The position numbers and the translations under genes are program-made. DNA of 64,000 nucleotides, taken from contig RDEW01000011.1 of the NCBI GenBank assembly GCA_011109175.1, positions 683,061-747,060 on the forward strand, read 5' to 3'. Below the pieces are notes generated by a model. It did not search any database. It was not told the origin of the DNA and saw nothing but the letters and a program-made list of their open reading frames with translations. This DNA is from Dicyema japonicum. Its lineage: Eukaryota; Animalia; Dicyemida. Each line of letters begins with the position of its first letter. Position 1 is the first letter of the stretch. Below, in pieces: positions 39,974 to 52,879 of this stretch.

Positions 39974-41255
39974 ATGGACAAGCCCCAAATAATCCTCCAC
40001 GTGCAAAAATCCTTAAACTACACTGTTTACGATGGACAATGGATTCCCGAAAGCACACAGTTTGTGCTCATAGGAAGCCGACCTAAAGGGGACGGAATAC
40101 TGAGTATTTACGAGATGGAAAATACAGACGCCACCCACGTGCATGAAGTACTCAATTAATCCAATTTAGTCTATCAAATCGGTTGCCTTCAGATGTTCAA
40201 CTTTCGGAGGATCAAGGCAGGGAAACAAACACTTGGCCACTGGGGACTTTAATGGGAATTTAAATATTTGGTTTCAATCAGTTTTATATGATAGGAATAT
40301 GGAACGATTAGACTCCCCTGTTTATTCTGTCAAGGCGCATAATGAGATTATCAACATGGTAGATGGAGTTGGCGGTCTCGGAATTGGGGAAGGATCTGCA
40401 GAAGTAGCCACGTGCAGTAGAGACGGTTTAAAATATTTTATTTTTAAAATAATTTCAATTTTATTCAAAAATTTTAATTTATTTTTAATAATGTTATTCT
40501 CGTTTTATTATCGAAAGGATCTGTTAAAGTCTGGGATCCCCGTCAACCGGATATCCCCGTGGCAATAATGGAACCTAATCCCGAAGAGAAGATACGGGAC
40601 TGTTGGTCAGTGGCTTTCGGTATTCCTGATCGTTTAAACCTTAGGGAACGCTTATAATACAAGCGACAGGTGTTTGTGTGCTGGTTTTGATAACGGGGAC
40701 ATTAAATTGTTCGATTTTAGAAGCATGGCTCTGAGATGGGAGACCAACGTGAAAAACGGAGTCTGCTGTCTCGAGTTTGACCGAAAGGACATTGCCATGA
40801 ACAAGTTGGTAGTGACCACATTGGAATCGAAGTTCCACGTATTTGATATGAGGACTGAAGGTGCCACTAACAACAGTTTTGCCTCACTTACAGAATCGGT
40901 ACTCCGTATTTGAACTTCCCTTAGGCCCACAAGTCTACCCTTTGGACCGTCCGACATCTTCCGCAAAACCGTGAGGTCTTCATGACCAGTGGAGGGTCTG
41001 GGTCACTATATTTGTGGAAATAGTAAATACTCTTTTAATGATAGTAACTACCCTAAGAAGAGATTACTGGATGACGGTCACGGGAACACGACAGGGTGCG
41101 CGGGGACTGTGGACTTACTACAGAATGCCACATTAGCCACACAACCTATTGGGAGCTTCCGATGGTGCAGGGATATGGAAGGATTGGCTCTGGCTACATC
41201 ATTCGATCAGTGCTTTAGAATTTGTGTTGTTACTAAGCTTTCTAAGATCCATTAG
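39974..41255 (+). CDS. WDR92: WD repeat protein 92 / dynein axonemal assembly factor 10, 7 exons
   Basis: [56 protein letters not shown] and HLPQNRE motifs. Introns 40148-40169, 40271-40294, 40426-40517, 40620-40644, 40899-40924 and 41023-41044; open frame to TAG. Confidence 0.96.
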
Positions 41256-41548
41256 TGTCTTTGGTACTTTGATCATAATTTGAGAATTAACCTTGTCAAT
41301 AATCCTAGCGGGCTGAATGTCTATTAAATGTTGAGTGACTTTTAGGTGCTTATATTGCTAAGAATCTACCACGGGAAAGTTATTATTTAATGTCAGAAAT
41401 AGGTTGGCTTACTTTCAAACTGGTTGAATTTGTAACTAGTGTGCTTTACCGAATAATATAAAATATTAATCTCTCTCAGTCGACTAGGCTTAACATGGTC
41501 ATTTATAATTTGCTATGTTCTTATATTGACCATAATAGTCCTGTAGAC

Positions 41549-43490
41549 CAGTGGTTCTCTTGAATTTTGACTCAAGGGGCAAATCCATTAATTATTTTAT
41601 TTGTAGGGCTGCCAATTTTTTTAAACTTAATGAATATAAAAAAGAAAGCAAAGGTAAATTTATAAACCATTAATAAATTAGTTCTTTAAAAGCTGGTACA
41701 ATGGAGATCCGTAACAACTGACTTGGATGCATATCTGTCAGTTTATTGCGGTATTTGTTCTTTATTTGCACCATTTTGCTGAAAATGGATTCACATACAT
41801 AAGTTGATCCGAACATTGAAATATTCTTAGGATAGAGATTGGCAAAATTCGATAAGAGAAGTGTTGTCAGATAAAGCGTTCAACTGTAAATCGGCTGTCA
41901 ATTCAGTCAATTCCATTTGGAATTGAACAGGAGATTCTTCAATTTTGACGTTGAAAAGCTTTGCAAACATTTTCATTAAGGGTAATTTATCTTTAAAATT
42001 CTAAAATTTTGTAAATGAACCCCAAAGCGGCATTCAAATTGGTAAATTAAGTCGCCGATTATTGATATATATTTTTCATTATTTTCAGAAAGCAAAGTGA
42101 CATGTATCTTTATTTGAAAGTTGAATCTTTCATAAATATAATTTTTTGAGAAAAGACAATATAACTCCACATTGTTGATAGCAAAGCTTGTCTTTTCCTT
42201 GTAAATCAGTGTTTATATTTGAAAAATGTATTGACAGATCAACAAAAAAGGCCAAATCTGAAACCCATATTTGATCAACAGTTGAGGATAATGTACTTTA
42301 TCGTGAATAAATTCTATAATTTCAGGAAACAAATTATAAAACCTATAAATAATTTCTAAATATTTGATGTACCTTTTTAGACATGCAGAACGACTTTTCT
42401 AACATAAAAAATCACATCTCCACAATCTGCATCAATTTCATTTAAAAAATATTTAAATTTTCGATGTTTGATGGCTTTAACGATGGATACAACAATTTGT
42501 GAAACACATTCCATGTTAGTTGTCTTTGTGATTAGATTTTCCTGACGAATCACATAATGATGGCATATAATAGGATCAAATTTATTTTCGACTATATAAT
42601 CTCTCATTCGCCCTTGAAGACCACATTTCTGACCAATCACAAAAGGACCTCCTTCAGTTGTCACGGAAATCAATTTTGAAGGGTCCAAGTTTTCATTTAT
42701 TCCTTTTGTTGAGCGGTGAAGTGTACATAACGAAAGAAATTCTTCATAAATTTTGAAATCCTGCATTATTCCCTTGCAAACACAATTAATTGTTTATGTC
42801 AGTAGCATCATAGCCAATGAATAGTAAACTAACTTTTTTCACTAAAAATATTTATTTCATAAAAAATTACTCAACAAGCTGATCATGAATACTATCTAGA
42901 TTCAATTCTTCGAGCAGCTGTATCATTGCTGAGTGTTATTTCTTTACTATATCTTGGATACTTTGAGAACAATATTCTTCGGCAAATAATGTAGTAGCCT
43001 CCTTCAAAATTTCGCAATCAGTATATGGCTTCATATGCTTTGCAATAAAATGACTAATTCTCGTTGAAGCAATATTTGTATCTTTGGAAAAGGCACCACA
43101 TTTAAAAAATGAAGATTGTCTGAATTATTGAGATTTTAACAAAAACGACTTTTTGCTTTCTCGAATCGCATTGATAATTGATTCGTGCTGTTGATGATGT
43201 CTTTTGACGGAGTAGGTTTTTATCAATTTTATCGTTGCTTGAAATTTTAAACAATGTAATTTGCAATGTATTTTAATCATAAAGAACTTTTCCTCCCATT
43301 TATATTTAAATCCTCTGTTCTCCTGTACTATAGTCCGTGAATGTTTACGCACACCTGACATTAAAAAATAATATTTCAACGAGTGAATTAAAATTTAATT
43401 TTAAAATTGAAAACAATTATTAAAATTAATATTAATAATAATTTTTTAATCTGATAATAAATTTGTCGGGGCCACGTTAGAGAACGACTT
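41549..43490 (-). mobile_element. hAT (GTF2IRD2/SPIN-like) transposon, decayed
   Basis: Ends CAGTGGTTCTC / GAGAACGACT. KWEEKF..VKRHH, VTTEGGP, MFGSTYVCESIFS motifs. Confidence 0.88.
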
Positions 43491-44017
43491 AGTTAGTTAA
43501 AAGCTCTTTCATGTAGCTCTAAAAAGGTTTTGCTTGAGTCATCCTTTTCGCCATCCTCGCCCACATTCGTCTTCAATACTGACAATTTTCAATTTCAGTC
43601 GCCTTGTCGTCCAAATATTTGTGCCAGAGGGATTTCGATCGTTTTCTCATCAAAAGTGATATTTGATTACGTTTTCCCTTTGATGCAATTTTATTCGATT
43701 TTGAACTTCCCAGTTTCGAACGTGTTTCCTTATGCTGTTTCGACAAATTCTCTTATTACGGGGTCATGAAGATTGTCTGACGTAAGATAATCCGGTAGTT
43801 TCCAAAGGTTCTTTCGTATCCAAGGGCATTCTTTGTCTCTTGTAAGCAGCAGATGTCAATTTTGTAACGTAACAGATCTTCAAAAAGTTGTTCTATTTTG
43901 AATCGAGATGAGAGGCCTCGAACGTGTATGTGGCTATGGTGAACAAGGAGTTTGAATCTAAGCATGATAAAGGCATAATTTTTCCGGGAAAAACAGAAGC
44001 ACGTCACCACTTCAACC
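43491..44017 (-). mobile_element. internally deleted RTE derivative (about 525 bp)
   Basis: 5' motif GGTTGAAGTGGTGACGTG, VRGL..YKIDICCLQETK, linker remnant and (TAAC)n tail. Confidence 0.75.
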
Positions 44018-44164
44018 AAATAGATTGGAGAGAAGACCTTTAAAGAAGTACATCGTTACTTTAGCCTTATTTTGTAATATTAGTAATAATTCTTTTTAAT
44101 ATAAATAAGCCAACCATATTAAAAAATAAATAAATAAAATTTTAAGCTAATTAGCTGTTATGTG

Positions 44165-44800
44165 ATGCAGTGTCTATCTAAAACTGAATTCAGACGTGAA
44201 GCTCTAAATATCATAGCAAAACTAAGCAAGGGCGAACGACAACGTCAGTCAGATATAATCCAAGAGAAAGTAAGCCAAAATCTGTATCCAATTAAGTTTT
44301 TACAAACCCAACTATACAAGGACTCCAAGAACATTGGTTTGTACGTGAGCATCTCCAGCGAAGTCTCAACCAATAAAATCATCACTTCAGCCTTCAGATA
44401 TAACAAGAGCTGCTTCATTTCTTATTGCCAAGAAATTCGACCCATGAGGATACTCAGATTGGATGGAGTGAGTGACTTGCTTCTCTAAGAAAAAGTTCAA
44501 TGAAATTTTTTCAGCATGAACAAGTTGAGAACAAAGTCGAGGCTGAAGACTCCGGTTTGAATGAGCTTTATACTTGATGGCTTGGATGTCCTTGTAGTAC
44601 CCTGAGTTGCCTTTACTATCTGCGGTAAACGAATGGGGAGAGGTCGAGGATATTATGATTGGTATTTGAATTCAAGGAAAGGCGTAATTAGGCCGAGGAC
44701 TGTTTCTTTAGCCTTTAATGAACAAATTTTTGAGGATATTCCCACTGAACCGACAGATTGTATTATCGATTATATTTTGTCCACAAGACTTTATATTTAG
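44165..44800 (+). pseudogene. MTHFS: 5-formyltetrahydrofolate cyclo-ligase, apparently disrupted
   Basis: K.EFRR..QS, IGLYVS..EVST, GLDVLVVP*VAF..GKRMGRGRGYYD, LAFNEQ..IP.EPTD. 27-nt intron at 44270-44296. TGA at 44603-44605 replaces the conserved Gly; intron 44555-44576 ends TG; a frameshift or a 47-nt intron lies at 44468-44514. Confidence 0.85.
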
Positions 44801-45164
44801 GAGGGAAATTTAATTTATTTTTGAATTATTTTTATCGTCTTTATGTGTGTTGATAAGTATTTGACTTTATCCTAGGAAAATAATAAATTTAGCTTACTGA
44901 GTGCTTATTTGAGTATCCATCCTATATTTATTGTATGAAATCAGGGAAAAAAATAAAGAATGAAGTGATGTTTGCGACGGTAGGACGTGGGACAAAAATG
45001 GAAGAAAGCGGACCTACTTCTCCACCTCTCTTCAGAAACGGAAGCCTGTAATGAAGTATTGGAAGATGGATTTGGTCGGAACAAGCAGATGTTCTCCCTT
45101 TGGTTCCATCTTTGGATTAGTTAGCTATGACTAGGGCGGAAATAATAGGACATTTTAAAAAACG

Positions 45165-45478
45165 GGTGGCATATTGGTTAGATGTCGGGCAAAGTGGTTT
45201 AGGCTACGGGTTTGATTCTCGCTGCTGTTCACCTGGTGGGAGGTTCCACGCATCTACGATGTTAAAAAGGCTCGACGAGTGACGTCATCATCAGCGGACA
45301 TTCACTGTGGAACTGGATAGTCTAAAAGGAAAACAAAGAAGTGATGAGTATTCCTTGATCTTCCCTCGATTAGCTATTATAATCGTTCTTTGCTTAAAAT
45401 AAAGTGTGTGTTCTGCCTGTGGGGAGCGATAACTGATTTGGCTCCTCGTTAAATGCGAACATTATTTATTTATTATTT
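45165..45478 (+). mobile_element. tRNA-derived SINE family 1, full length, tail type C
   Basis: A box TGGCATATTGG and B box GGTTTGATTC. Approximate TSD TTTAAAAA(A)C. Inserted into a hAT terminus. Confidence 0.9.
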
Positions 45479-45769
45479 AAAAACAAAATAGTACAATTAG
45501 GACAATTTAAAAAAAATTTTTATAAGACAAATATTATTTATTTTTATTTTATTTTTTTATTTTTAAATTATTTTGTATTTTTTAAACTAAAAATACAAAA
45601 TAAAATAAATACTTAATCTGGGTTTTAAATTATTCTCAAAAATAACCAATCTAGGACAATTTATATGGAAATCAACAAAAACTATCCATTGTTAGAGAAA
45701 TTAAAATATAGCATGAAATATTTTTCAAAATTGTTTTCATTGAAGTTTTTCTGTATTACAAATAAAAAA

Positions 45770-47810
45770 TTTTATTGAAAAAAGAAAATAGAGTAACGGT
45801 TATATAGAAGATGCCCTGACTGCGTGGCTATTCCCTCTCAGGATAGCGAGCGAGATTCGCTCATATAACCAGCAGCACTCAAGAGTGTCTCCTTTTCGTG
45901 TAGCAATCTGATTCCCTAGACGTCTCAAAAATTCCAGCGTCGCAGGCGCAAGAGAACCAGACGTCTCAACGGCGAGTGTAACAAACAAAAAAAATCCTTG
46001 GACAAGAGCGCGTTCTTTTCCCGTTACATCTTCTCGGCCTTCTCAGCGGCGAACAGGCTCCAGAGGCACTTAGGAGTAGGTTGCAAGAGGCAAATGTGTC
46101 GGTGCAGGTAACGTCCCAGACAAGAGGTTTTTCGGCTTCAAAGGGAAGATTGTCATCCCATCTGGTCGTTTCCCGTCCCGCCTGCAAAGGCAGACAGGTT
46201 CAAGCATGGAGGGGTGTCCAGCGGCGTCCAGAGCTCGTCTAACGACTTCGTTCAAGGCCATGTGTCTGGGAAATCTGCCTGCACTCTTCCTGCAGAGAGA
46301 TGTGTAAACCAAAACAGTCGATCTTGTCTCCGCATTGGCACGGATGTGGAAACAGACTTTTAATCCTAGTCGCAATGAGATCCCAATACGGACGCATTCA
46401 TCATCCAGGAAGGTACCCAGAACTCCATTGGGAATTGCGTTGAGCCAGGCACCGCTCTCGGAAGACAACAAACAGGCACGGCGATGTTGGCTAGATGACA
46501 CTAGCATATTTTTGAAAGAATTCTAGCATATAGCATCGTCCAAGCTTCGCTGAGAAAACGAGGAAGGCAGGGGAAGCTAATAAGTTCGGCTCCAAGCCTC
46601 ACGAGCATGGCCGGCGTCCTTGTCAATAGAGAATTCAGTTGTAGAGTGTAGAATTTTCTTGTCATGGGAGTTACAGCCACTAGCAATGATAGGTATGAAG
46701 GAAGGGAAAGGTCTACAGGGTTCCGAATTCCAACTCCTCTGAGTCTTACTGGCAGCGTGGCTTGCTTCCATGAGTAATCCTCGAACTGGACGTTGAAGAT
46801 ACGTTCCGCTGTCGTACGGAAGATCTCGTTAATCTGTGCGAGTTGGTCATACAGGGTGAAATAGGAGCAGTCCTCAGGACATATGCAAGAGCTCTGTACG
46901 TTGAGACTGTTTTTCAGGAGGAATAATGCTGTATGCATGTCAAGTAAACACAAGCGGTTCAGAGTCTCTCCGAGTAACAGTCGTTTTTCACGTATAGCTC
47001 TTCCCATTTCATTTCTGGTGATCGGGGATCCGAGGAATATAAGTTCTTCATGGGTGTGGAAATACTTCCAGGCAGTAAATTTCCGAAACATGACAAAGCT
47101 TTTGAATACTTCTCTTCTGAAAGTCCGTAATTGTAGATTTGAATTTAGTGTAATTTAATTCCAGGTCTCCAACAGTGCTGGAATTATCACTTCCAAATCC
47201 CGGAAAACAGTATCCAGCGATCCTCCGAGGACCGCATCATCAGATACCATAGGTTGAGGGGCGAGACGGAAGTTTGGTGATTTTCTCTATTGCAAGACAA
47301 TACAATAGGGGTCAAGGGAATCTCCCTGTTGCACTCCAGAATACAAATGGATTAGGTAGTCCCCGAAAAGTAAGGATGAAGGTAGGCTGTATGACTGATT
47401 CACAAATTTGAAAATATTAGGGCATCTCTCAACACACGCCTCCAGGATATTGTCCCTCTTTAGAAAATTGAAGGCGTTTTTGATGTCCAGTTAGACCAGG
47501 ACATGTCCCCAGGAATTTTATACTGTGGTTTGTGAATGTCCTCACTGAATGGACAGCGGCCTCGCATCCCAAGCGAATACCGACGCCTACTTGAAGGTGG
47601 TGACGAGTGAAATAGAATGTCTGGAGGCAATTTTAGCAGCTAGTTTTCTGAAGACAAACCGGACCTCAACTGGTCGTACTTCGCCTCCCTTCTTATCAAA
47701 GGCTATCAAATTGGCGGAGAACAGGACATGGCGGATAACTTCGGGAAGAACTCCAGACATGATCCGATTCATAAGTGAAGTAATTGAATTCGTAAGACGA
47801 AAGAGGTTAA
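45770..47810 (-). mobile_element. CRE-clade non-LTR retrotransposon, RT to 3' end, frameshifted
   Basis: KKGGEVRPV, LDIKNAFN, GVQQGD, FLGSPI, WKQATLPV, SGAWLNAIP, RFPRH, RPDG and ERISLAILRGN motifs. Confidence 0.93.
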
Positions 47811-47978
47811 ATCAGAGCTCATCAAAAAATAATTCTCGCGGCACACTAATCGTAAAAAAATAATCCACGGCACACATTAAAAAATAAAAAATTAAATTTT
47901 TAATTTGTGTAAAACTAAGTACAAAAATTGGTCATTTAATACCCAAATTTTTATTAATAAAAAATGAAATATTAATTN

Positions 47979-48840
47979 AATGCTGTATGCATGTCAAGTA
48001 GACACAAGCGGTTCAGAGTCTCTCCGAGTAACAGTCGTTTTTCACGTATAGCTCTTCCCATTGCATGTGATGGGGATCCGAGGAATATAAGTTCTTCATG
48101 GGTGTGGAAATATTTCCAGGCAGTAAATTTCCGAAAGATGACAAAGCTTTAGAATACTTTTTTCTGAAAGTCTGCAATTGTAGATTTCGCATTTAATGTA
48201 ATTTAATTCCAGTCTCCAACAATGCTGGAATTAAATCTTCCGAACCCCGGAAAACAGTATCCGGGGTCCTCCGAAGATAGCATCATCCAGATACCATAAA
48301 TTGAAGGACGAGCGCGAATTTTGGTGATTTTCTCTACTGCAAGACAAAACAATAGGGGTCCAAGGGATCCCTGTTGCACTCCAAAATATGAATGGATTAG
48401 GTAGTCTCCGAAAAGTAAGAATGAAGGTAGACTGTATGACTAATTCACGAATTCAAAAATATTAGAACATCACACACGCCTTCAGGATGTTGTCCCTTCT
48501 TAGACTATTGAAGGAGTTCTTGATGTCCAGTTTGACCAGGACATGCCCCCGCAAATCTTTTGAATGGACAGCGGCCTCGCATCCCAATCGAATACCGACG
48601 CCTACTTGAAGGGGTGACGAGTGAATAGAATGTCTGGAGGCAATTTTAGCAGCAGTTTCTGAAGACAAACCCGACCTCAACTGGTCGTACTTCGCCTCCC
48701 TTCTTATCAAAGGCTATCAAATTGGCGGAGAACAGGACATGGCGGATAACTTCGGGAAGAACTCCAGACATGATCCGATTCATAAGTGAAGTAATTGAAT
48801 TCGTAAGACGAAGTCCCTGGTCTCCTACGGACGAAGAAGT
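47979..48840 (-). mobile_element. second CRE RT segment, near-duplicate of 46926-47810 across scaffold n
   Basis: High identity to the preceding block, including the adjacent hAT-like end CAGAGCTCATCAAA. Probably an allelic overlap. Confidence 0.8.
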
Positions 48841-49209
48841 TAGATCAGAGCTCATCAAAAAATAATTCTCGCGGCACACTAATCGTAAAAAAATAATCCA
48901 CGGCACACATTAAAAAATAAAAAATTAAATTTTTAATTTGTGTAAAACTAAGTACAAAAATTGGTAATTTAATGCCCAAATTTTTATTAATAAAAAATGA
49001 AATATTAATTATTATTGTTTTTGCATATATCATCAATATCAGGTCGAATGTGCCATTCCCGAAATATCCGTGGATTCATCAAGTGTGTATTGATTACCGA
49101 GTTTCTTTAATAGAAAATGAGACATTATTTTCAATATTCTCCGACAAAGCACAAATCCGACGAGAAACAGTGTTATCTGACAAAGGTATCTTCATTATTT
49201 TTTGTTCAT

Positions 49210-49446
49210 ATTTATTTATTAACCCCAAATACACCGAGAAAGAAGTTAAAGTAAAAAACTAATTAAGTGCATCCAGTTTCCACTTCTACAGAAACAGAGT
49301 CCATCCGGAATCAACATAAAAGGTAAGACGTCCATTACATGCAGTTGTGGAAACCCCTCCAGTGGAGTGGGGAAGAGCAAATGATCCTTTTTTATGCCGG
49401 CCTGGCACTGGGCGTCACCTAGACAGGTGGATCATATGACGCCACT
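49210..49446 (-). mobile_element. non-autonomous retroposon family 2 (pseudoknot head + LINE-type tail), copy A
   Basis: High identity to 55640-55877. Homology stops at AGTGGCGTC; (TAAA)n tail; no Pol III boxes. Confidence 0.85.
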
Positions 49447-49509
49447 CTATTAGGAAGAAGAGAGAGGGAACAGACAAGCAAGCAGAAAAATTAAACCAAT
49501 TAACCACGG

Positions 49510-50257
49510 CAGCACCACATTCATATTTATGACCAAACATAGTCCGAGCAATAATACGACAAGCAGGAATTATTAAGTTTTCGCCAATAATGTTAGGTTT
49601 TAGTTGTTTTGCTATCAATTCTGAGATCAGGTATGAACATTTCAATGATTCATTTGTGTGTACAAAAGTTTCACTGAACATCATTTGACTAGATCTAGGA
49701 TTCATAGTAAAAACTAAATAATACTTGTGTTGTTTTTTTCAATGGATTAAATAATCCAGATTTTTCGGAATAGTCCGGATGCTTGGAAGTAAAATGTCTC
49801 TTTAGTTTGCTAGGAACCATAGCATCGTTTGCCAAGACTTCCATGCAAATTAGGCATTGAGGTAGTTTATTTTTATCTTTGCATATAAATCCAAATGACA
49901 AATAAGAAAAAGTTGAGTGGTCTCTATACTGAAGCATTCAGTCTGATGTCTTTTCCATTAAGATGTAGATCGGTGCAGTATTGTTAGATTCATTTCAAAA
50001 GTATAAATCTCCTTTAAATGTTCCTGTAAATATGAGTTTTTGGAAATTGCTTTTGAAATTCATTCCTTATTTTTCCTCTGAGTTCTAATAGTTTCAATAA
50101 TTGAGAAAATGCAAACCTGCCATTAAATGAAAAAAGCTAGTACACGAAAAAACAATTTATAACGTGTAATTTAAAAAGAAATTAAAAAAATACAAAATTA
50201 AAAAATAATTAAAATAAATATGTCCTATTTTAAGACAATTTTATGATTTCCGCCCTA
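49510..50257 (-). mobile_element. hAT (ZBED5/SCAND3-like) 5' half
   Basis: Terminus TAGGGCGGAAAT. YLSFGF..PQCLIC..MVPSKLKRHF..H and IGENLIIPAC motifs. Confidence 0.88.
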
Positions 50258-51049
50258 GTTATGATTGTTTGTGGTGGGCTTACAATAGTAAGCCTGGGAT
50301 TAATAATAAGCACTCTAACTTATTACCGCTGAATACACCGAGGAAAACATTTAACTATCAGATACCCATCGTCAAGTTCTCCAAGTTGTGGGTGATTGGA
50401 TTCAAACCTCTCGTAATAAAATATTGGAACTAACAACCAAATAGTCTTCTAACCGTATTATGTCAGCATTAAATATTTTAATTATTTATAAAGTTAAAAC
50501 TAATTTTTAGATTATGGAAATTCTTCCACCTAAGAATGTCCACGACGGTACTACATGTGATGAAAATGGAAGAAGGCTGACCTAATTCTCTACCTTTTCT
50601 GAAACGGAAGCCTGTAATGGACTATTGGAGGATGGATTTGGTAAGCAGAAACAGACGTTCTCCCTTGGGTTTCTCCCTTGGATTAATTAGTTGTGACTGT
50701 CTGAGCTGGGATCACCAAAGATTGTAAGCATGGGATTAATAAAATGTAACTGCTCAATACGATCGATTCTCTCTTCCGGATCACAATCGAAAGGCTTACA
50801 AATTTTAATTTTACGACCAAGGGTGGGACCAAGCAACCTTACCAGTTCGCTTAGGTGGACTGGGAATATTCTCACAAACGGATTTAACATGCTCTGCATA
50901 TCGATCCTCCTTGTGCTCCATCTATTGATTAAGACAATTCCACAATTCCTAACAGAATCGTCAGAAATATGGAAAGTAAAGCTACCTGAGCAGAGAGACT
51001 TTTACACGTCCATCTGTGAAAATAAATTGAGAGGTTTCTGAACAAATAT

Positions 51050-51630
51050 AACCAACACCGACGAGCCAGTCTAGTCACTGGAAGTGCGACTGGACACCGA
51101 CGAGCCTGTCTAGTCACTGGAAGTGCCACTGGAGTAGCGTTGGATATGCCTTCCCCTTCTTGACAACGATCCGCATCAGTATCTCCACCAGACTTGGACT
51201 GAAGATTTTCCAAACTTACAAGTGACTGTGCGATGGTATTGTCGACTGTTATGGAAATCATTGCCTATATTGCAGAAAAAGTGCAAAACGATTCCCAAGA
51301 CATTGTTGTTGAGAGATCAACTGAATTGTTAAGCGGACCCTTGGAATCTGCTACATACACCTCCACATTTGAACCAATTGACTTGGAAAGAGGAGATGGG
51401 ATAACACGTTTTTTTCAATCCAGCATCGTCGGGACCGCGGTATGCACATTGAATGCAACTGAAGAAGCAATGATAGCAAAAGAGAAAGAAGATGCTCTGC
51501 ATGATCGGTTCACGTTCCGCCCCATACTAGTTGACAATAACCGGAGGAATAATCGCTTCGTTTTTTAAGAGGATGGGACGCTTGGCTACAATAAAAGGCC
51601 ATGACTAACGTGAGATCAAGTTGCTTTAAA
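51050..51630 (+). mobile_element. decayed CRE RLE fragment with internal 39-bp tandem duplication (about 51055-51132)
   Basis: Homologous to 2655-3145. Confidence 0.75.
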
Positions 51631-52879
51631 ATCACTCTCCTATAACCGATGGAAGGCTGTGTCTACTTCAGGATCTAACATGCTTTCGATAACGGAGAAA
51701 CTAAGTGCGGACAGTGTAACTCAGCAAAGAAGACCGTCTATCTCCTTGCATCTATAAAATTGTTTTAAAAAGCCAACCTACGATATATGTCAATGACCGT
51801 TAAAATCCATTTGATTTTTTGATTTACTGTTGAAAATCTTTTCACATTTATAAGATCTATCTGAAAACGTTCATTTGGACAAGAAGCGAACACATGGTGA
51901 TTTACATCTCCAATCTAAAATTAAAAAAATCTTGAATTTAAAAAAAACGCGAAAAGTTGAAAACGTGACAATTTCGAATGAATTTTCTGATGATCTCATT
52001 CTTGACACTGAAATATCTTTGTCGGCATTCATACTCATTTTTATTTACTCCTCGGTGTGAAAACTCGTGTTAATGATTTCGCCACGAGCTCCATTTGGTT
52101 TCACAAACCAGGATTATTCCACATTTAAAATACTTTTCATTGATAATAGAAAAATTCTCTATCTTCTTTACAAACCTATATTTTCGCAAGATTTTGGGGT
52201 AATTTATTATCCAAAGCATTTTTTAAAATTTCATTTTCTACGCAGTCTTTTACAAGACCTTTGTAAGAACCCATTACAGCAAAATAATCTTCACGCTATA
52301 AATTTAGGATTGCCACTAAAAAAATAAAATTTATATAATCAAAACGTTTATGAATAAAAAATAATCTCGCATGATAGAAAATACGATAGAAATCGGATAT
52401 AAAAAATTAAATGTCGGATGATCAAAGCACCTTTTCAAAGTCAAAAAATGTAACGGGCTTCACATGTCACATATTAACCTGATCTTTCGTTTTGATAGGA
52501 GATTAGTGGCTAGTTGGGTTCAAAGGTGAAAGTTATGTAACACGTGTAATAAGACATGAAGAAATCATCACTGAAAGTTGATAAATGTATACATTCAGAT
52601 AAATTATATGATTTGTAGAAAAGGTCAGAAGGGATTGGTCATCGTCTCGAGAGCATATAATATACATCAAAGTTGCTTCGATCATAGCCTATTTGTCGTC
52701 GGCTTTAACTAGGAATCGACAGTCGGATTAAGAGAACGATTTCTTGGTGTGAAGTTAATATACAGTCACAGGCGCTACGCGTTACCTAATACTCGAATTT
52801 AGAATTATTTATTATATTTAAAATTGAAAAAATATAATTTTTTTTATACAATAAATTTTTTTTAACAATTAAACAAATG

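Noticed and set aside
30775-44605. TGA reassignment or selenocysteine in PKD2-like and MTHFS
   Set aside because: The two TGAs align to different residues (Trp-like and Gly) and occur in genes with other lesions. The intact genes use TGG for Trp.
46926-49010. Tandem CRE + hAT-end block suggesting a site-specific array
   Set aside because: The two blocks join at n 47978 and look like haplotype overlap.
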